DNA of 63,837 nt, counting the filler, from Rhabdomonas costata (taxonomy: Eukaryota), in the NCBI GenBank assembly GCA_019059605.1. It is 58 parts of 58 records of this genome, joined end to end, with 100 filler letters (N's around TTAATTAATTAA, not from the genome) between each part and the next. Parts side by side here need not be neighbours in the genome. Positions count along the whole stretch, not along the records: positions 60,632 to 61,633 come from JAHMHO010034355.1; positions 61,734 to 62,735 come from JAHMHO010034356.1; positions 62,836 to 63,837 come from JAHMHO010034357.1; 55 more parts are not named here. One strand, 5' to 3'. Shown here piece after piece: positions 60,632 to 63,837 of the stretch. The notes under the pieces were generated by a model. That model made no database searches. It was not told where the DNA came from and saw only the letters and a program-made list of their open reading frames with translations. Within the stretch, counting starts at the first letter, position 1. Every line of letters begins with the position of its first letter. Made by a program: the position numbers and the translations under genes.

Positions 60632-61633
60632 GGGGTATTTACCATGGGCTCTCCATAAAGCGCAATGGTCAGCGATGACCAGAAAGAAGAGGCAACCAAT
60701 TCCAACTCCAGGTGCTCGGCGGGTGAAGGAGGATAGGGCAAAAGTCGAAAATGGGGACAGCACCCGCCAAACTAAAATCGAAGGAAGCACCGCCAAAGTG
60801 CAACAGCAACGGGAGCGAGTGATAGGCTGGGAACGTCGGAGAGAGGGCCAGGAGCCTAGAGCAGAGAAAGGCCGGGGAAAGAGGGAGGCGGGGATCAACC
60901 ATGGAGCATCCAGGGAGAAGAGAGACTCAGAGCAGGAGAGTCCGACGGCTGGAAAGGGACCCCAGGGGCGAGACATGAAAGCCGCAGCCGAGAGCAGGTG
61001 GAAGACGAGCACTCATGCCCCAGGAGTGCGATGCTGGCACGGGATAGCATGCAAGTTCCAACGGTGTCCCTTTGTGCATCCGAGGGAGGAGCACCTAGAA
61101 AGAACCCGCGTAGAGACAGACCCAGCGCGCAGAAGTTTAAGTATCGTAAAAAGTCAGAGCCCGTATGCTAGCGCCAACGGGTAGCCAAAGCACTCGCGGA
61201 AGCACCAGTGCAAGGAGTCAGTGAGGCAACCTCGAGGTACCGGAGGATCAGCGGAAGAGGGCAGGAATAGCCCGCAACGCAACTTTAGAGCGATGTGCTG
61301 ACACGGCAACGCCTGTAGATACCGGTGCTGCCCGTTCACCCATCCGAAAGAAAAGCTTCAAGGGTCGTTCCCACGAGAAAAGGCCCCAGCCCCCCAAGGA
61401 AGGAGCGTGGAGACCTGAGCCGCAATGGAGCAATGCAGGTAACCGCTGGAAAAGAGCAGCTGCGCGACAATGGCTCGGGACCCGTGGGGCAGAAGGGAGG
61501 TTACGTTGATGTGGAACGTTCGGTGGTGAGCCGGTTTCGGTTCCCCGCGGCACCGTTCGCTTCAACGGCACCTCTCGCGAGCACCCGTGGCCAACAGCGC
61601 GTGCGTCAGTCTGTCCACAGCGGCCACCACCTC
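60632..61633 (+). mobile_element. Dispersed CCCH-zinc-finger element, copy 2 (most complete, pseudogenised ORF)
   Basis: One frame from 60675 carries CWHGIACKFQRCPFVH (61032-61079) and C*HGNACRYRCCPFTH (61296-61343), with stops at 61182 and 61299. Homologous to 22050-23048. Confidence 0.85.
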
Positions 61634-61744
61634 NNNNNNNNNNNNNNNNNNNNNNNNNNNNNNNNNNNNNNNNNNNNTTAATTAATTAANNNNNNNNNNN
61701 NNNNNNNNNNNNNNNNNNNNNNNNNNNNNNNNNTGTGTTGGGTT

Positions 61745-61829
61745 GGGTTCTGGGTTCTGGGTTCTGGGTTCTGGGTTCTGGGTTCTGGGTTCTGGGTTCT
61801 GGGTTCTGGGTTCTGGGTTCTGGGTTTAG
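61745..61829. repeat. (GGGTTCT)11 telomere-like tandem repeat ending in GGGTTTAG
   Basis: Eleven exact 7-mers near the contig start. Confidence 0.95.
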
Positions 61830-62329
61830 AGTTCTTTCCTCCGGTGTCCTTTTAATGGTTTGGGTTCTGGTCTATCTTCGCGCTGTTGTACCATCGCTTT
61901 CATGGTTCTAGTGTCGTGTTAATGTCCCTGGTTCTGTCTCATGCTTTCTTTGTACTCTTGGTATTATTCCTTGTTGATGTGCAAGCTTGTGGAGGGTTGG
62001 TGTCTGGTTATGCCTTCAGTCTCTTGTATTTTCGGAACGAGGAAATTCATTGTCCTCCACTTCGGTAACACATCGTCCTCTTCCCATGTAACTACGTCAT
62101 TGAATCATCGACATTCATCTGCCTGGACACTGCTTTCTGGATATTTGTGTGCAACTTGAACTGATAAAGTGGTGTTGGTGGTGATTGTGAGTTAAGTGTG
62201 AATCGGAGCTTTAGAAGTTTTATCTTCGAAAACCCAATACGTTGGGCAGAAGAGAAAAGAATAACACAGAGATGCAAGAAATCACCACGGATAACGAATT
62301 CTCAAGGAAACAAAGAGCGCCCGGAATTG

Positions 62330-62720
62330 GGAGTAAACTGGCGGCGTCTCCACTTGCAGGATGCGGCACCGAGGAAGACGATCTGGAGGCCCTGTGAATT
62401 AACACTTCAACGCCGTACCACCGGCCTCTGATGGAGATGGATCCCTCGGGCCCCAAAATCCAGCCACCGCTCCCGTAACCACTCGCTGCCTACGGGAGTC
62501 GTCCACGACGCTTCCCGTCGCAGCGGCGCCTGTTCCTGGTGCCGGTGCCCATTCCCCACCCAGAGGCCCTCCAGCATTGAGAGAAAAATGTTTGAGAGCG
62601 ATACGTTATTGCGGTACCTGTTAGTAAGAGGCTTGGAAGGGACATCCAGGAGAAAGCCATGGAGGAGAATCCGAGGAGCCTAAAATAGGCCATGAAAAAG
62701 GCCTGGGAGTATTTCCGCAA
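62330..62720 (+). mobile_element. Degenerate LTR-retrotransposon gag-like relic
   Basis: Frameshifted KLAAS/HLQDAA...W and LVRGL/GRDIQEKAMEENPRSLK*AMKKAWE resemble the Ty3/gypsy capsid FxxGL...P.TL.EA...A. Confidence 0.4.
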
Positions 62721-63199
62721 TCCCAAACCCCCCCCNNNNNNNNNNNNNNNNNNNNNNNNNNNNNNNNNNNNNNNNNNNNTTAATTAATTAANNNNNNNNN
62801 NNNNNNNNNNNNNNNNNNNNNNNNNNNNNNNNNNNGGGGGGTGGTCAAAAACCTGGTGGGAAAGCTGTACTATTTACTGATGTGGAGCGACGGTGTAAGA
62901 CTCCGAAGATCTACTTGTCCGATGGTGGCCGGCACTGGGTTTCATCTTCTGTGTTGGGTAAGATGGTTGACTTCTTCGACTCGTACGACAAAAGCTGTCC
63001 GTAAAACTGAGGTGCGCAACGGAGTGCTGCTGTCGACAGTGGGGCATTCTATGACATTTGCTGTTGTCATCGGTCCCGTTTCTCTTTGAGAAACTGAACT
63101 TGCCTGCCTACCTGGAGAAAACGTCGAGCTTTTCGTAAATCTCGGTAAGCAGCTTCGAGTTTGCTTGTTCGACGTAACTCTTCCATGGCGGGGTCGGGC

Positions 63200-63490
63200 C
63201 CAGATGGACCGCCCAAGCCTGCTCGAAGGCTTGATTCAGCGTCTTCGGCTTGATTTGTGCGACAGGAGAACCAAAATGCCCATCAAGACATTTAATGAAG
63301 GCAATGACGAGTTCCTTTTCATAGACTGCTTTCGGTTTTGTTGGTAAGCCTGAAAATTGGAGAAGAAGAGATTGAAATCTCGGCTGTTGAGTTGGTATAT
63401 TTCCGAAAGGAGTCGGGTCTCGATGTCCGCTGGCAGGAATTGGCCCGCAGCATGTGCACAAAATCAGCCCAGTTTGTAATTGGGACTTCG
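63200..63490 (-). mobile_element. Degenerate LTR-retrotransposon gag-like relic
   Basis: PITNWADFVHMLRAN...SFRKYT / RFQSLLLQ...ELVIAFIKCLDGHFGSPVAQIKPKTLNQAFEQAWAV follows the retrotransposon gag motif order across frameshifts. Confidence 0.5.
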
Positions 63491-63837
63491 TCGAAATGGC
63501 CACATGCGCCCACCTTACGAACCTTACGAACCTGGTTGACCGACCTCGGTTTCCAGGATGGGGGACCTAATTGATTTACGAGCGGAGCAGTGCTTTGCCG
63601 CAAGTTCAGCAATAAATCTAAAAAAATAAACCCGAAGTCAACCAGGAGAAAACACGAAATACTGTAAAAAAAAGGGTCAAAAGGGTGTAAATGGCAATTC
63701 CAGGGGACTCGAATCAAGGCGCGGGTTGAGGCCACTGCGCAGCACGAGGGCAAAGAATAGAAACAACCTGTCATAAGAATTGTGTTGTTTCAAAGGTATT
63801 CGGTTGTCCAGCGATGATTTGGCGCCCACACAACAAC

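Noticed and set aside
61296-61301. TGA=Trp genetic code from C*HG vs CWHG
   Set aside because: The element copy is decayed (another stop nearby, and Leu at this site in copy 1), and host genes use TGG for Trp.
1004-62835. Regularly spaced TTAATTAATTAA as a CRISPR-like or biological repeat array
   Set aside because: It is always embedded in fixed N-padding and is a synthetic six-frame-stop linker.
1-63837. A multi-gene system or operon formed by neighbouring ORFs (e.g. RT + RNase H + recombinase + gag)
   Set aside because: They lie on different concatenated contigs, so adjacency has no biological meaning.
1-63837. tRNA, rRNA, spliced-leader RNA or snRNA genes
   Set aside because: None were recognisable by eye. 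An Infernal/Rfam scan would be needed to exclude them.

Overview
This window is not contiguous DNA. It is 58 unrelated ~1.0 kb contigs joined by 57 artificial 100-nt spacers (44 N + TTAATTAATTAA + 44 N), so gene order across spacers means nothing. Many contig ends carry G/T-only 5' or C/A-only 3' tails resembling a whole-genome-amplification primer, and at least 7 ends are fold-back inverted repeats. Both point to an amplified, probably single-cell, library. The source is an intron-rich flagellated eukaryote, most likely Euglenozoa (euglenid or diplonemid): it has a kinetoplastid/algal-type H+-ATPase, a PRORP with DGANVGYYG, PF20/SPAG16, an IFT172-like exon, and short GT(GC)-AG introns with very degenerate donors. 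Other spliced gene fragments recognised by eye include CHMP1, an alpha-kinase, three RRM proteins, LRR, WD40, ankyrin, a voltage-gated channel, RNase H, DUF2009, TauE, a CNNM-like exon, a Cache-domain sensor and a prokaryote-like DUF1152. The most interesting signal is a dispersed element seen on three separate contigs. It encodes C-x5-C-x4-C-x3-H zinc fingers and ends in (CA)n, and one copy is a 5'-truncated 90-bp insert in a (CA)n tract with a perfect 15-bp target-site duplication. It is a candidate new (CA)n-associated non-autonomous retroelement. Relics of a CRE-clade reverse transcriptase, a tyrosine recombinase and gag-like ORFs are also present. All family assignments come from motif recognition; no database search was run.
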